Positions 53,650 to 62,961 of a stretch of DNA of 64,000 nt are shown here, in pieces (positions within the stretch are counted from its first letter, which is position 1; each line of letters starts with the position of its first letter). The translations under genes and the position numbers were made by a program. The DNA comes from an uncultured candidatus Brocadiaceae bacterium (GTDB taxonomy: Bacteria; Planctomycetota; UBA1135; UBA2386): NCBI GenBank assembly GCA_964392305.1, contig CAYMPV010000029.1, positions 3,171 to 67,170 of the forward strand, written 5' to 3'. Below the pieces are notes generated by a model that worked only from the letters and a program-made list of their open reading frames with translations, had not been told where the DNA came from and made no database searches.

Positions 53650-54317
53650 TTGGGCTTCGGCAGGTGTAGCGGTGCCGGCGAACGGCGACCCTTCCTCGTT
53701 CTCGGCATCGAACTCGAGTTCACCGCGCAGCATCGAGTAGAGCCGCTGGATCGTCGTGATGACGACCTTCGTCGAGGCTCCGATGGTCTGCGTCGTCAGG
53801 CGCTGGACGTTGTAGAATTCGGTGAACTTGCGGTTGTCGTCCGGCGACCTGACGCCCTGGAACTCTTTCTCCGCCTGCTCGCCGAGGTTGGTGCGGTCGA
53901 CGAGGAAACGCACACGCCGGGCACCGTCGAACCTGATCAGCCGGTAGGTCGCCGAGACGGCGGTGATCGTCTTGCCCGGGCCGGCCGCCATCTGCACGAG
54001 CGCAGCGGCCGGTTGTCGCGGAACGAGCGATCGAGGTTGGTGATCGCCCGGATCTGGTTGGGGTAGAGGCTGCCTTTGTGCAGGTCCGGCATTGCGCGCA
54101 GGGTCGAGGGTCTCTAGTCGTTGGCGGTATTGTGGGTGCCGGTCGCCTGCACCCAGCGGTGAAGCGTGTCGGCCTTGAGCCACTCGGCCAAGGTCTCGGG
54201 CTGGTGCAGCGCGAACACCTCGCGCGTGCGCGTGTCCGGGTCGAAGCCGGCGGTGCGCAGGTTGCCGTCGATCGTCTGGCGAGCTTGCTGCTCTGGGGTG
54301 AGGCCGGATGGGGACAT
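53650..54317 (-). pseudogene. decayed, 3'-truncated SF2 helicase / restriction-enzyme R-subunit-like gene
   Basis: The N-terminal frame runs MSPSGLTPEQQARQTIDGNLRTAGF..FALHQPETLAEWL to an in-frame TAG at 54114-54116. The same frame then continues LRAMPDLHKGSLYPNQIRAITNLDRSFRDNRP. A 1-nt frameshift near 54003-54010 leads to ALVQMAAGPGKTITAV (Walker A), RFLVDRTNLGEQAEKEF and ITTIQRLYSMLRG. Homology stops at about 220 aa, where such proteins usually run to 800 aa or more. Confidence 0.65.
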
Positions 54318-54487
54318 GCGCGTGGGAGAAGGAGCGCCTCCCAAGCCAGCGGTCATCGGCCCGCCAGGGTGGTTCCCATCGGCGGAATGATGCAGCGACC
54401 GTAAACGTTTGCGCTACGAATTGTTGACGGTCGGCGACCTGGTCGGGCGGCCGAAGCGGCGGCGGCGCCTCGGCTTGTCGCGATCGA

Positions 54488-55228
54488 CTACGCTTGCTCG
54501 ACGAGTTCGCCGCCACGGCCGGCGGGCATCTCGTTCCAAGTTCGGCCGTCGAGCTCGCGCCCCGTTTTGGCCTTGTTCACCCCGCCCCACTGCTTGAAGA
54601 AGAAGGGCACGTGTGCGCGCCGGCACTGGTTGCGGATCACTCGGACCCACTCCGGCTCCATCGGCCGCGCACCGTGGCCCGACTCACCGCCGACGATCGC
54701 CCAGTGGATGCCGTCGAGATTCAGCGACGGCAGTTGCCCGATCAGCGGCTCCAGCGACAGGAAGCGAACGGCCGCCGGCACCTGCCGCAGCTCGTCGATG
54801 CGCCACGCGACGTCTTCGTTCTCGACGCTGACGCCCATCCACACGTTGTCCGGCCACGGCAGGTCGCCAGCGATCTCGCGCAAGCGGTCGGCGCGCTTCG
54901 TGAGCACTTGGAAGGTGTGGTTTGAAGCGCGCTCCATCACGGTGAAAACGCGCTGGATGTACTCGGTGGGCACCTTCACGTGGAACAGGTCGCTCATCGA
55001 GTTCACGAAGACGAGCTTCGGCTTCTTCCAGCTCAACGGCAGGTCGAGCATGTGCTCCTGCAACGTGACCCGGAAGCCGTTGCGGTAGTTCGGCTGGCCC
55101 ATCGCCTGCAACCGGACCGCCATGCGCTCGGCGTAGCAGTTCTTGCAGCCCTGGCTGATCTTGGTGCACCCGGTCACCGGGTTCCAAGTCGCGTTCGTCC
55201 ATTCGATCGAGGAGCCTGCACCCATCAC
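54488..55228 (-). CDS. Gp37/Gp68 family protein (PF07505 / DUF5131), three-Cys motif
   Basis: [78 protein letters not shown]. Confidence 0.85.
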   Translation of the reverse strand: MMGAGSSIEWTNATWNPVTGCTKISQGCKNCYAERMAVRLQAMGQPNYRNGFRVTLQEHMLDLPLSWKKPKLVFVNSMSDLFHVKVPTEYIQRVFTVMERASNHTFQVLTKRADRLREIAGDLPWPDNVWMGVSVENEDVAWRIDELRQVPAAVRFLSLEPLIGQLPSLNLDGIHWAIVGGESGHGARPMEPEWVRVIRNQCRRAHVPFFFKQWGGVNKAKTGRELDGRTWNEMPAGRGGELVEQA

Positions 55229-56355
55229 GTCACCTTCGGGAAGATTGCGACCACGTCGTCGGCGAAGCCCTTCTTGGACTTCCGTCCGTCCGTCTGGATC
55301 TTGCCTTCGTCCTCCAGGGCGCGGAGCACGTCCCTGTAGTTCTTCGCAGTGTAGGGGCGATCGACGCTGTGCGCCTCGTAGATCTGCCGCATGGTCGCGC
55401 GCCTTCCGGAGTACGCCTTCAACAGCATGTCGCGCAGGTCATCGAGCGGGCGGCTCAGGTTGAACAGCAACTGCTGCCTCGAACTGGCGGCCGGGAAGTA
55501 GGAGAGCGAGGCGACTCCTTGGTTCGACTCGGCGCTGGCCTTCGCCATCACATCCTTCATCACTCCGTAACCACGGAAGTGCTTCGTGACGAAGACCAAG
55601 TGGTGCGTCGTTCGCTTGTCCTCGCCCGACTTGAAGCAGAACGGCAGGACGAACGGAGCCACGTTCTTGCTGGCACCGTACTCCTTCAACGCCCTGGCGA
55701 GCGCTTCGACGATCGCCGCTTCACGCTCCGACGGATCAAGCTGCTCCAGCTCGGTCTTCAGCGACGCAGCTCGCTCGGATCCGAACAGCGCCTCCATGTG
55801 CTTCTGCACCATCGGGTTCGTCAGGCCCATGTTGATGCGCTGGTAGTTGAAGAACACGATGCAGTCGCACCCCCAGTCCTTCAGAAACGCCTGGATCAGC
55901 CGCAGCGACAGGCCCTTGTAGCCCCACGGATCGATGAAGGCCAAGACCGGGATCGTGCGCATCGTCTCCCACTGCTTCGCAATCTCGTCGCCGATCTCCT
56001 TGCTGTCGACGACGGGTTGGTGCTTCAGCTTCGCGATGTCCGGCAGCTTGGCGATCTCGTCCTTCAGGTTGTTCGCGTTCGAGAGTTCCTTGTCGTTGAA
56101 GAACGTCAGCAGACGATCCCGGTAGATCGGGTTCGCGATGGCCTTCTCCAGGACCATCAGCGGCGTCGACTTTGCGCCGTCCTTGTAGCGACCCGGGCCG
56201 GAGAACAAGTCGATGTAGGCGATCCGCTGGTCAGCACGCGGGTTCCGCTTCTGCGCGCTCGTGATGATCGTCGCCCAGGCGTCGAAGTACTTGGCGACGA
56301 TCTCGGCCTTCACCAGCGACTGCTCCCGCTGCTCGTCGAAGAAGTTCTCGACCAT
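55225..56355 (-). CDS. tcmP: three-Cys-motif partner protein TcmP (TIGR04474-like)
   Basis: ATG at 56355 gives [95 protein letters not shown] overlap with the DUF5131 gene. Family assignment is from memory of the motifs. Confidence 0.75.
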   Translation of the reverse strand: MVENFFDEQREQSLVKAEIVAKYFDAWATIITSAQKRNPRADQRIAYIDLFSGPGRYKDGAKSTPLMVLEKAIANPIYRDRLLTFFNDKELSNANNLKDEIAKLPDIAKLKHQPVVDSKEIGDEIAKQWETMRTIPVLAFIDPWGYKGLSLRLIQAFLKDWGCDCIVFFNYQRINMGLTNPMVQKHMEALFGSERAASLKTELEQLDPSEREAAIVEALARALKEYGASKNVAPFVLPFCFKSGEDKRTTHHLVFVTKHFRGYGVMKDVMAKASAESNQGVASLSYFPAASSRQQLLFNLSRPLDDLRDMLLKAYSGRRATMRQIYEAHSVDRPYTAKNYRDVLRALEDEGKIQTDGRKSKKGFADDVVAIFPKVT

Positions 56356-57033
56356 CCCGTTCCCGATTCCTGGCGCCGCACGCCGTAGAACGTCTAGCTT
56401 CGCGGTGCCGAACCACCGACACACGCACCTGCCGACATTCTGACCCGGCAGCGACTCGGACTCCAGGAGGCAGTTACTCGCAGCGAGTTGGGGTGGCGAG
56501 TCAAAGGCCGGCGGCCCACGAAGAGAGGCGGAGCCGTGCTGGGCGTCCGACTTGCCGACCTGATTGCCGAGCGTGATGCGAAGGTGACAGTGGGCAACCC
56601 GCTCGACCGGCCTCGCGACCATCCCATGTTGGATCCGACGCCCGTCGATTCGACAGGCCCGAGGTCATGGCCGCGATGCGTGCCGAAGCCGCGACCGATG
56701 CGGCACGAGCGTTGGTCGTGACCGCCGCAGGCGCAAAGAGCATGGCCAAGCATCTCGCGAAGGAATGGCCGCTTGCGGCTCGACGTGATCGATGCTCATC
56801 GCCGGTGCCTCGACCTGCACGCTATGCGACGTCAGCGGCGACACTGAGAGCTGATGCGCAAGGGCGCGTTGGGGGCGATCTCGCGGCAGACCTGTTCCGG
56901 CGGGTGGGCGCGAGAGTGCAGGCAACAGCTAACGAACTGGGAGCGAACTCAACCGAACGAGACGAAGCGAGAAACGTCCCGAGGCGGAAAACCGATGCAA
57001 GCTGAACGCGCGCACGACGATGCGGGACGAAAC

Positions 57034-57063
57034 GCGGCGCTCCGACGTGAATCGGAGCGCCGC
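57034..57063 (-). terminator. hairpin terminator just downstream of tmRNA
   Basis: 12-bp perfect arms GCGGCGCTCCGA / TCGGAGCGCCGC with a 6-nt loop. On the minus strand it starts 5 nt after the CCA end and is followed by GTTTCGT. Confidence 0.55.
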
Positions 57064-57068
57064 ATGAA

Positions 57069-57421
57069 TGGTGGAGGCGGCGGGAATCGAACCCGCGTCC
57101 CGAGATGCTCCGTCCTGGGCCTCTACGCGCGTAGTCCGTCGTTTGGTGTCGCCGCCAGTGCTCCGACGAACAGGATCACCGGCGGCCAGCTCGACGTTGT
57201 CTCGCCGCGGGCAGGCCGAGCAGCCACCCAACGACCAGCCTGCTGTGTGTCGCCTTGGCCTCCCGCAGGCGAGGAGACCTCGGCGCTCGATACCTAGTTC
57301 TTAGGCAGCGAGGGAGTAGTGCGTGTTGGCACTTGAGTTTTTCCGGTGGGATTTACGAGGTCCCCGGCCCTCGGCGCGCCACCCAGGTCGAGTCGGCATC
57401 CGGTCGAAGCCGATCGCCCCC
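57069..57421 (-). ncRNA. ssrA: tmRNA (ssrA), tag peptide ANTHYSLAA
   Basis: The reverse complement starts GGGGGCGATCGGCTTCGACCGG and ends GGACGCGGGTTCGATTCCCGCCGCCTCCACCA. The acceptor stem carries a G3:U pair. The tag ORF GCC AAC ACG CAC TAC TCC CTC GCT GCC TAA lies at 57301-57330. Confidence 0.9.
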
Positions 57422-57435
57422 ATGTGGACCCGCGC

Positions 57436-57464
57436 GTTATCGGCTGATGGCCGAGGTTGCGCAA
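57436..57464 (-). promoter_or_regulatory. possible sigma-70-type promoter for ssrA
   Basis: On the minus strand: TTGCGC, 17 nt, GATAAC, ending 14 nt upstream of the mature 5' end. Weak matches only. Confidence 0.3.
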
Positions 57465-57529
57465 GCACCAACAGCGATCCGCGGGCGCGGTATCATGCGC
57501 GCCCCCCTCTCCTTCGCGCTTGCCCGAAG

Positions 57530-59218
57530 ATGCCTGTAACCAAGCCGATCCCGCTGCTCGTGGGCTGTCTGTTCGCGTTCACCTGTGGCAGCGCGCGCGC
57601 CCAGGCCGAAGAGGATCCCGTGCTCGTCGCGCAGGCGATCACCGAGTGGGCGAGCACCTATGCGGCCGGCCGGCTGGGGCCGCGCGGGCCGCTCCGTGGT
57701 GGTGGGGGCGCGCAACTCGACTACGTGCGCACGGCCAGCAAAGCCGGGTTCGTCGGGCCCGACGACTACGACCGGCTCAACCACCTCGACGTGCTGCAGA
57801 AGCTGCTGTTCTTCGCCGAGAAGCACCCCTCGGCGGAACTGGCCGAAGCCGTGCTCGGCATCGCCGGTGCGGGACTCGACGGCGAGTTCCTCGATCCGAC
57901 CTCGGTGCTGCTGCGTGAGCTCGGCGTGTGGACGTTGATGCGCATGGACCACCGCGGCGCCTGGTTCGTCGTGCTGCGCACCGCCGCGGGCACGCCGCGA
58001 AGCGAGAACGCCGAACCGCCCGACATCGCCCGCCGCATCGCCGCGCTGCGCCTGCTCGGCCTCAAGGGGGACGCGGTGTTCCGGACCACGCTCGAGGCCG
58101 CGCTGCACGATCTCGAGCCGCGTGTGCGCATCGCCGCCGCCGAGGCGCTCGGTCTGCAGCGGTCGCCGCAGACCCTGGCCCTGGTGCTGCAGATGCTGCC
58201 GATGGAGCGGCATCCGGTGGTCGCCCAGGCGCTGGCCCAGCTGCTCTTGGCCCTGCTGCGCAGCAACCCGGACGCCGTCGATCCGGCGATGCGCGAACAG
58301 GTCGTGCGCGTCGCGTTGTCACGCTTCGGCGAGGCCGGTTGGCGCACCGACATGGAACTGCTCGATCTCGTCGAACAGTTCCCGCACAAGGCCGCCGTGC
58401 CGCTGCTGATCGAGGCGCTGGTCAAGGCCGCGGCGCCGCCCGACCGCCTGGTCAAGGCCGTCAACGCCAAGGCTTCACCGCGCCGCAAGCAGCGCGTCGT
58501 CGAACTGCTGCGGCGCATGACCGGCGCGCTGATCGCGCCCGAGGATCTCGCCGGGTGGCGCAAGTTCTGGAACGACGAGGGACCGCGGCTGGTGTTGCCC
58601 GAGACCTTGGGCAAGCCCGTGGAGGGGGCGACGCGCGCCGAGTTCTTCGGCGTGCCGGTGACCGGCGGCGCGATCGGTTTCCTGATCGACACCAGCGGCA
58701 GCATGGAGCGCGCGATTGCGGGCACGGCAGCGGGTGGGCCGCGCAATCAGGACCTGACCCGACTCGGCGCGGCCAAGGAGCAGCTCGGGCTCGCCGTGCA
58801 GGCGATGGACCCCGAGGCCACGTTCCTGCTGATCTCGTTCGCCGCCGACTCGCACCTGTGGACGCGCACGCCGATCAAGGCAGGCACCGGCGCGCTGCGG
58901 TCGTTGACCGAGTTGACCAGTCGCATGAAGCCCGAAGGTGGCACCAACCTCTACGCCGGTCTGGTCGCGGCGCTGCGTATGCAGGAGGCGCGCTTCGGCC
59001 AGCAGACCCCGGCCGAGATCGACGAGTTGTTCGTGCTCAGCGACGGCCTGCCGACCACCGGTGAGGTGCGTGACCAGGAAGGGTTGCTCGAGATGGTGCG
59101 TGAGGCCAACAAGTTCGCGAAGGTGCGCATCCACACCGTGTTCACGGGCGTGGGCGAGGGTGGCGAACTGTTGCGGCGCCTCGCCGACGAGAGTGGCGGG
59201 GTGTTCGTGCAGCGCTAG
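57530..59218 (+). CDS. secreted HEAT-repeat plus von Willebrand factor A (VWA) domain protein
   Basis: ATG at 57530 gives MPVTKPIPLLVGCLFAFTCGSARAQA. HEAT/PBS-lyase-like units (EPRVRIAAAEALGL). VWA MIDAS motif FLIDTSGSM, later GGTNLYAGL and VLSDGLPT. Confidence 0.8.
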   Translation: MPVTKPIPLLVGCLFAFTCGSARAQAEEDPVLVAQAITEWASTYAAGRLGPRGPLRGGGGAQLDYVRTASKAGFVGPDDYDRLNHLDVLQKLLFFAEKHPSAELAEAVLGIAGAGLDGEFLDPTSVLLRELGVWTLMRMDHRGAWFVVLRTAAGTPRSENAEPPDIARRIAALRLLGLKGDAVFRTTLEAALHDLEPRVRIAAAEALGLQRSPQTLALVLQMLPMERHPVVAQALAQLLLALLRSNPDAVDPAMREQVVRVALSRFGEAGWRTDMELLDLVEQFPHKAAVPLLIEALVKAAAPPDRLVKAVNAKASPRRKQRVVELLRRMTGALIAPEDLAGWRKFWNDEGPRLVLPETLGKPVEGATRAEFFGVPVTGGAIGFLIDTSGSMERAIAGTAAGGPRNQDLTRLGAAKEQLGLAVQAMDPEATFLLISFAADSHLWTRTPIKAGTGALRSLTELTSRMKPEGGTNLYAGLVAALRMQEARFGQQTPAEIDELFVLSDGLPTTGEVRDQEGLLEMVREANKFAKVRIHTVFTGVGEGGELLRRLADESGGVFVQR

Positions 59219-59282
59219 CCCGTCGCTGACATTTTTGCCCCAGGTAGAAACTTCTGGCAGACGATTGGGACTATGGTCCAAT

Positions 59283-60401
59283 ATGTCTGTGCAGCCACGC
59301 TACCTCGTTCCCCAGGTCCTGGCCGATCTGCAGCGCAAGATGGTGTTCGTCGCCGGGCCGCGTCAGGTCGGCAAGACGACGCTGTCGATGGCGCTACCCG
59401 GTGCCGCGGCGGGTTACCGCAACTGGGACGTCGTTGCCCATCGTACGCAGCTGTTGGCCGACGAACTGCCGGTCGCAGACCTGTGGATCTTCGACGAGAT
59501 CCACAAGTACCATCGCTGGCGCAACTGGCTGAAAGGCTTGTGGGACGGCCGTCGTAAGGGCCAGCAGATCCTGGTGACGGGCAGCGCTCGACTCGACTAC
59601 TACCGTCGTGCAGGAGACTCGCTGCAGGGGCGTTATCACCTGTTGCGCTTGCACCCGCTCTCGTTTGCCGAACTCGGCATGTCCACGCCGGAGCAACTGG
59701 CGCAGCTGGTGACCCTGGGCGGCTTTCCCGAACCCTTCCTGAGCGGCTCGGAACGGCAGGCGCGTCGCTGGTCGCGTGAGTACCGGACGCGGCTCGTGCG
59801 CGACGAGGTCATCGACCTCGAACGTGTGCAGGACATCGGCGGCCTCGAGCTGTTGATGCAGCGACTGCCCGACCTGGTCGGATCCCCGCTGTCCGTCAAT
59901 GGGCTGCGTGAGGATTTGCAGATCGCGCACAAGACCATGTCGCGATGGCTCGACATCCTCGAACGCTTCTACGCCATCTTCCGGTTGTCGCCATTCGGGT
60001 CGACCAAGATCAGGGCGATCAAGAAGGCCAACAAGCACTACCACTGGGATTGGTCGCTGGTGTCCGCGCCTGGCCCCCGGTTCGAGAACGTCGTCGGCAG
60101 TCACCTGCTCAAGTGGGTGCATTGGCAGCAGGATGTCGAGGGCCGCGATCTCGATCTGCGCTACTTCCGCGACACCGATGGCCGCGAAGTCGACTTCGTC
60201 GTGATCGAGGGCAAGAAGCCGGTGTTGATGGTCGAGTGCAAACTCGGCGACGATGGGCTCGACAAGAGCCTGCGATACCTGCGCGAGCGCTTTCCCGCTG
60301 CCGCCGCGTGGCAGGTTTCGCTGCATGGCGCGAAGGACTACGTGTCGCCCGAGGGCATCCGAGTCGCGCCTGCGGGCAAGCTGCTGGCGACCTTGGTCTG
60401 A
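59283..60401 (+). CDS. AAA-family ATPase with DUF4143 C-terminal domain (AAA_14 type)
   Basis: ATG at 59283. VAGPRQVGKTT (Walker A), LWIFDEIHKY (Walker B), LVTGSARLD, LQGRYHLLRLHPLSFAE. C-terminal RYFRDTDGREVDFVV..VECK (restriction-endonuclease-like fold typical of DUF4143). The upstream 60 nt are noticeably AT-richer. Confidence 0.85.
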   Translation: MSVQPRYLVPQVLADLQRKMVFVAGPRQVGKTTLSMALPGAAAGYRNWDVVAHRTQLLADELPVADLWIFDEIHKYHRWRNWLKGLWDGRRKGQQILVTGSARLDYYRRAGDSLQGRYHLLRLHPLSFAELGMSTPEQLAQLVTLGGFPEPFLSGSERQARRWSREYRTRLVRDEVIDLERVQDIGGLELLMQRLPDLVGSPLSVNGLREDLQIAHKTMSRWLDILERFYAIFRLSPFGSTKIRAIKKANKHYHWDWSLVSAPGPRFENVVGSHLLKWVHWQQDVEGRDLDLRYFRDTDGREVDFVVIEGKKPVLMVECKLGDDGLDKSLRYLRERFPAAAAWQVSLHGAKDYVSPEGIRVAPAGKLLATLV

Positions 60402-60561
60402 GGTGAACCCGGTCTGGTACGAATGCGGCGCGAAGGCCCGCTTGGCGCCGGCCGTCGGTCATTTTTCCTGCGATCCGATCCGTCCGGCGCCGGCCGTCGT
60501 CAGTTGCGTCGTGGCAACCGTCACCTGCCTGACCGCAGCACCGTCGAGGAACTGATCACCG

Positions 60562-61722
60562 ATGCCCACCAGCTTCACCGCGCTCCTATCCTGCGGCCTG
60601 TTCGCCGTCGCCGCGTTTCCCGCGCTGCCGTCGATCAAGCCACATCCGTCGGCCTACCGCATGGCCAACGAGGCCGTGTGCATCGTCGAGGGGCGCGTCG
60701 TCGCGGCCGACACGGTGGTTGTGGTCCAGCGGCACTTCGTGTCGCCGTCGGTGCAGGTGCCAGACCGCCTCGTCGTGCGCGGACTGTCGGCGATGTCGCT
60801 GCGGCCGTTCGAGTTCGGGCAGGTGAACGAAGCCGTCGAGCCGGACCGCGTGCTGTTGTTCCTCGACGTGGATGACGCCGGTGGCTTCGTGCCGTTGTAT
60901 CTGCTCGAGGGCACCGCTCGCGGCGTGTTGTGGTTGTGCGGCGAGCAGGTCTTCGGTTACCGGCAGTTCATCAATCCGGGCTGTTACGAACTGGCGCCGT
61001 GGCCGCACGTCGTGGCCGGCAAGGTCGACGGCGACGCGACGCCGGCGCACGTGCGCGCCGAGATCGAGCAGGGGCTCGTCGCGCGGGCGTCGTGGCAAGC
61101 GACGTTGGCCATCGACGACGTGCAGGCGCGCGCCGCCGCCGTGGCGCGTTGGTGTTCGCCCGCGACTTCACCGGACGGCTGGCGCTGGCAAGAGCGCTGT
61201 TGGCCCGACCTGCGGGAGCAGGGCCGTCGGCTCGGCGAGCCGCTCGTGGCGCCGCTCGCGCGTCTGGTCGCCACCGAAGCCGACGCCAGCGCCGTCGGGT
61301 TCGCGTTGTCGCTGCTGGCCGACATGGGCGAACGGGCGCGCGCCGCCGCGCCGATGGCGATCGCCCGCCTGCGCGGGCCCGGCGCTGCCAACCGCGTCGA
61401 GCTGGTGCGTGCGCTGGCCGCGTTCCGCGATCCGCGCGCGATCGACGTCTTGCGCGATCACCTCGCCGACGAGGACGACTTCCTCGCGGCCGAAGTGGCT
61501 CTGGGCTTGCTGCGCTGCGGTGACCCCCAGGCCGGGGATCGCGTGGCAGCCCGGGTGCCCACGTTCGTCGACGACGATCATCCCGAGGCGGGCGTGGTCG
61601 CGCTGCTCGACGCCTTGCACGAGATCGACGCCGAACGCGCCGTGGCGCTGTATCACGCGCGTTTTGGCGCCGTGAAGGAGATGCGGACGGCGCGGCGCTG
61701 GCTGCGTGAGCTGCCGCGCTGA
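60562..61722 (+). CDS. hypothetical protein with C-terminal HEAT-like repeats
   Basis: Hydrophobic N-terminus. C-terminal ARLRGPGAANRVELVRALAAFRDPRAIDVLRDHLADEDDFLAAEVALGLLRCGDPQAG. The N-terminal two thirds are unrecognised. Confidence 0.55.
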   Translation: MPTSFTALLSCGLFAVAAFPALPSIKPHPSAYRMANEAVCIVEGRVVAADTVVVVQRHFVSPSVQVPDRLVVRGLSAMSLRPFEFGQVNEAVEPDRVLLFLDVDDAGGFVPLYLLEGTARGVLWLCGEQVFGYRQFINPGCYELAPWPHVVAGKVDGDATPAHVRAEIEQGLVARASWQATLAIDDVQARAAAVARWCSPATSPDGWRWQERCWPDLREQGRRLGEPLVAPLARLVATEADASAVGFALSLLADMGERARAAAPMAIARLRGPGAANRVELVRALAAFRDPRAIDVLRDHLADEDDFLAAEVALGLLRCGDPQAGDRVAARVPTFVDDDHPEAGVVALLDALHEIDAERAVALYHARFGAVKEMRTARRWLRELPR

Positions 61723-61761
61723 CGGTGGCTTTGCGCACCACCGCCCGGCACGATCGCGCGC

Positions 61762-62961
61762 GTGTCGGCCCCGACCGCGACCCGCACCTGGCTCGGCCTC
61801 GCCGCGTTCTACGCGGCGTTGTTCGCGGTGTTGGGCGTGTTCATGCAGTACTTCCCGCTGTGGCTGCACGACGAACGCGGCCTGGACGAGGCGCAGATCG
61901 CGGTGGTGCTGTCGAGCATGACCGTGGCGCGCACGTTGGCGGGGCCGCTGTGGGCGCAGCAGGTCGATCGTTCGGGGCGGCCCAGGCGGGTGCTGATGCT
62001 GCTGTGCGCGCTGAGCCTCGCCGCGTTCCTGATCTATCGCTTCGCCGATTCGGTGCTCGGGCTCGCGACCGCGTCGTTCGTGTTCGGCTGCTGCTACCCG
62101 CCGATGCACCCGATCGTCGATGCGTTCGCGAGTGCCGCCGCGCGCCGCGAAGGGTTCGCCTACGGCCGGCTGCGCATGGTCGGGTCGGTGACCTTCCTGG
62201 CGATGGTGCTCGGCGTCGGTTACTGGCTCGAGCACAACTCGTCGGCGTCGCTGTTCGTGCTGTTGCTCGTCGGTCTGGTGGTGTTGCTGTTGGCGGCGTT
62301 CGGGCTGCCGGGCGGACCGCCGCCGCCGCCGCCGACCGTCGGCAAGGCGCCGATGCTCGAACTGCTGCGCAGCAAGCCGTTCCTGCTGTTGATGCTCGCC
62401 GCGGCGATCGTGCAGGGCAGCCACGCGCCCTACTACAACCTGTCGACGCTGCACTGGCAGGCGCACGGCATCGCCAAGTCGACCGCCGGCGTGTTGTGGG
62501 CCGAAGGGGTGCTCGCCGAGATCGTGTTGTTCTGGTTCGCGCGCGGCTCGACCGATCGGTTGCGACCGACGACGTTGCTGGCGCTCGGTGGCGGCGCGGC
62601 GGCGGTGCGTTGGACGGTGCTCGGCGTGACCACCGACGTCGGCTGGCTGTTCGCGACCAACTGGCTGCACGCGCTGACGTTCACGTGCACCTACCTGGGT
62701 TCGCTGCGCGCGCTCGACCGGCGTGTGCATGCGTCGCAACGCGCCACGGCGCAGGGCTTGCTCGGCGCCGCGACCTCCGGAGTCGGCATGGTCGCCGGAT
62801 CGCTGCTCGGCGGCTTCCTCTACGACCGCTTCGCGGGCGGTGCCTTCTTCGCCATGGCCCTGTGGGGCTTGATCGGGATCATGCTGGCCCTGCGTCTGCG
62901 CAGGCTCGCCGACAGCAGCCAGATGGACGTCGACGCGAGCACCGAGAACAGGCCCGCGTAG
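61762..62961 (+). CDS. MFS transporter (MFS_1_like / HcaT-like)
   Basis: GTG start and 12 predicted TM segments. LGLAAFYAALFAVLGVFMQYFPLWL, ARTLAGPLWAQQVDRSGRPRR. Confidence 0.85.
   Translation: MSAPTATRTWLGLAAFYAALFAVLGVFMQYFPLWLHDERGLDEAQIAVVLSSMTVARTLAGPLWAQQVDRSGRPRRVLMLLCALSLAAFLIYRFADSVLGLATASFVFGCCYPPMHPIVDAFASAAARREGFAYGRLRMVGSVTFLAMVLGVGYWLEHNSSASLFVLLLVGLVVLLLAAFGLPGGPPPPPPTVGKAPMLELLRSKPFLLLMLAAAIVQGSHAPYYNLSTLHWQAHGIAKSTAGVLWAEGVLAEIVLFWFARGSTDRLRPTTLLALGGGAAAVRWTVLGVTTDVGWLFATNWLHALTFTCTYLGSLRALDRRVHASQRATAQGLLGAATSGVGMVAGSLLGGFLYDRFAGGAFFAMALWGLIGIMLALRLRRLADSSQMDVDASTENRPA

Larger units (their letters stand above)
53650..57033. mobile_element. degraded genomic islet abutting the 3' end of ssrA (TcmP, DUF5131, helicase remnant, about 0.7 kb non-coding)
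   Basis: Codon third positions are visibly less GC-saturated than in the flanks. It lies at a tmRNA 3' end, contains a pseudogene, and has no convincing ORF in 56356-57033. I found no integrase and no att-like repeat by eye. Confidence 0.45.

Noticed and set aside
56356-57033. Searched for an integrase gene or remnant, and for an XRE-like HTH, between tcmP and the tmRNA terminator
   Set aside because: I translated this stretch by eye on both strands (all three minus-strand frames for 56761-57060; partial frames elsewhere). I found only short Arg/Ser-rich ORFs and no recombinase R..HxxR..Y pattern or convincing HTH. I left it as non-coding or decayed; a tblastn search would be decisive.
48594-57068. 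Looked for a direct repeat of the ssrA 3' end (attL/attR) to delimit an island
   Set aside because: I saw no copy of GGAATCGAACCCGC or its neighbouring sequence by eye. This cannot be excluded without a computed search, so the island borders remain undefined.
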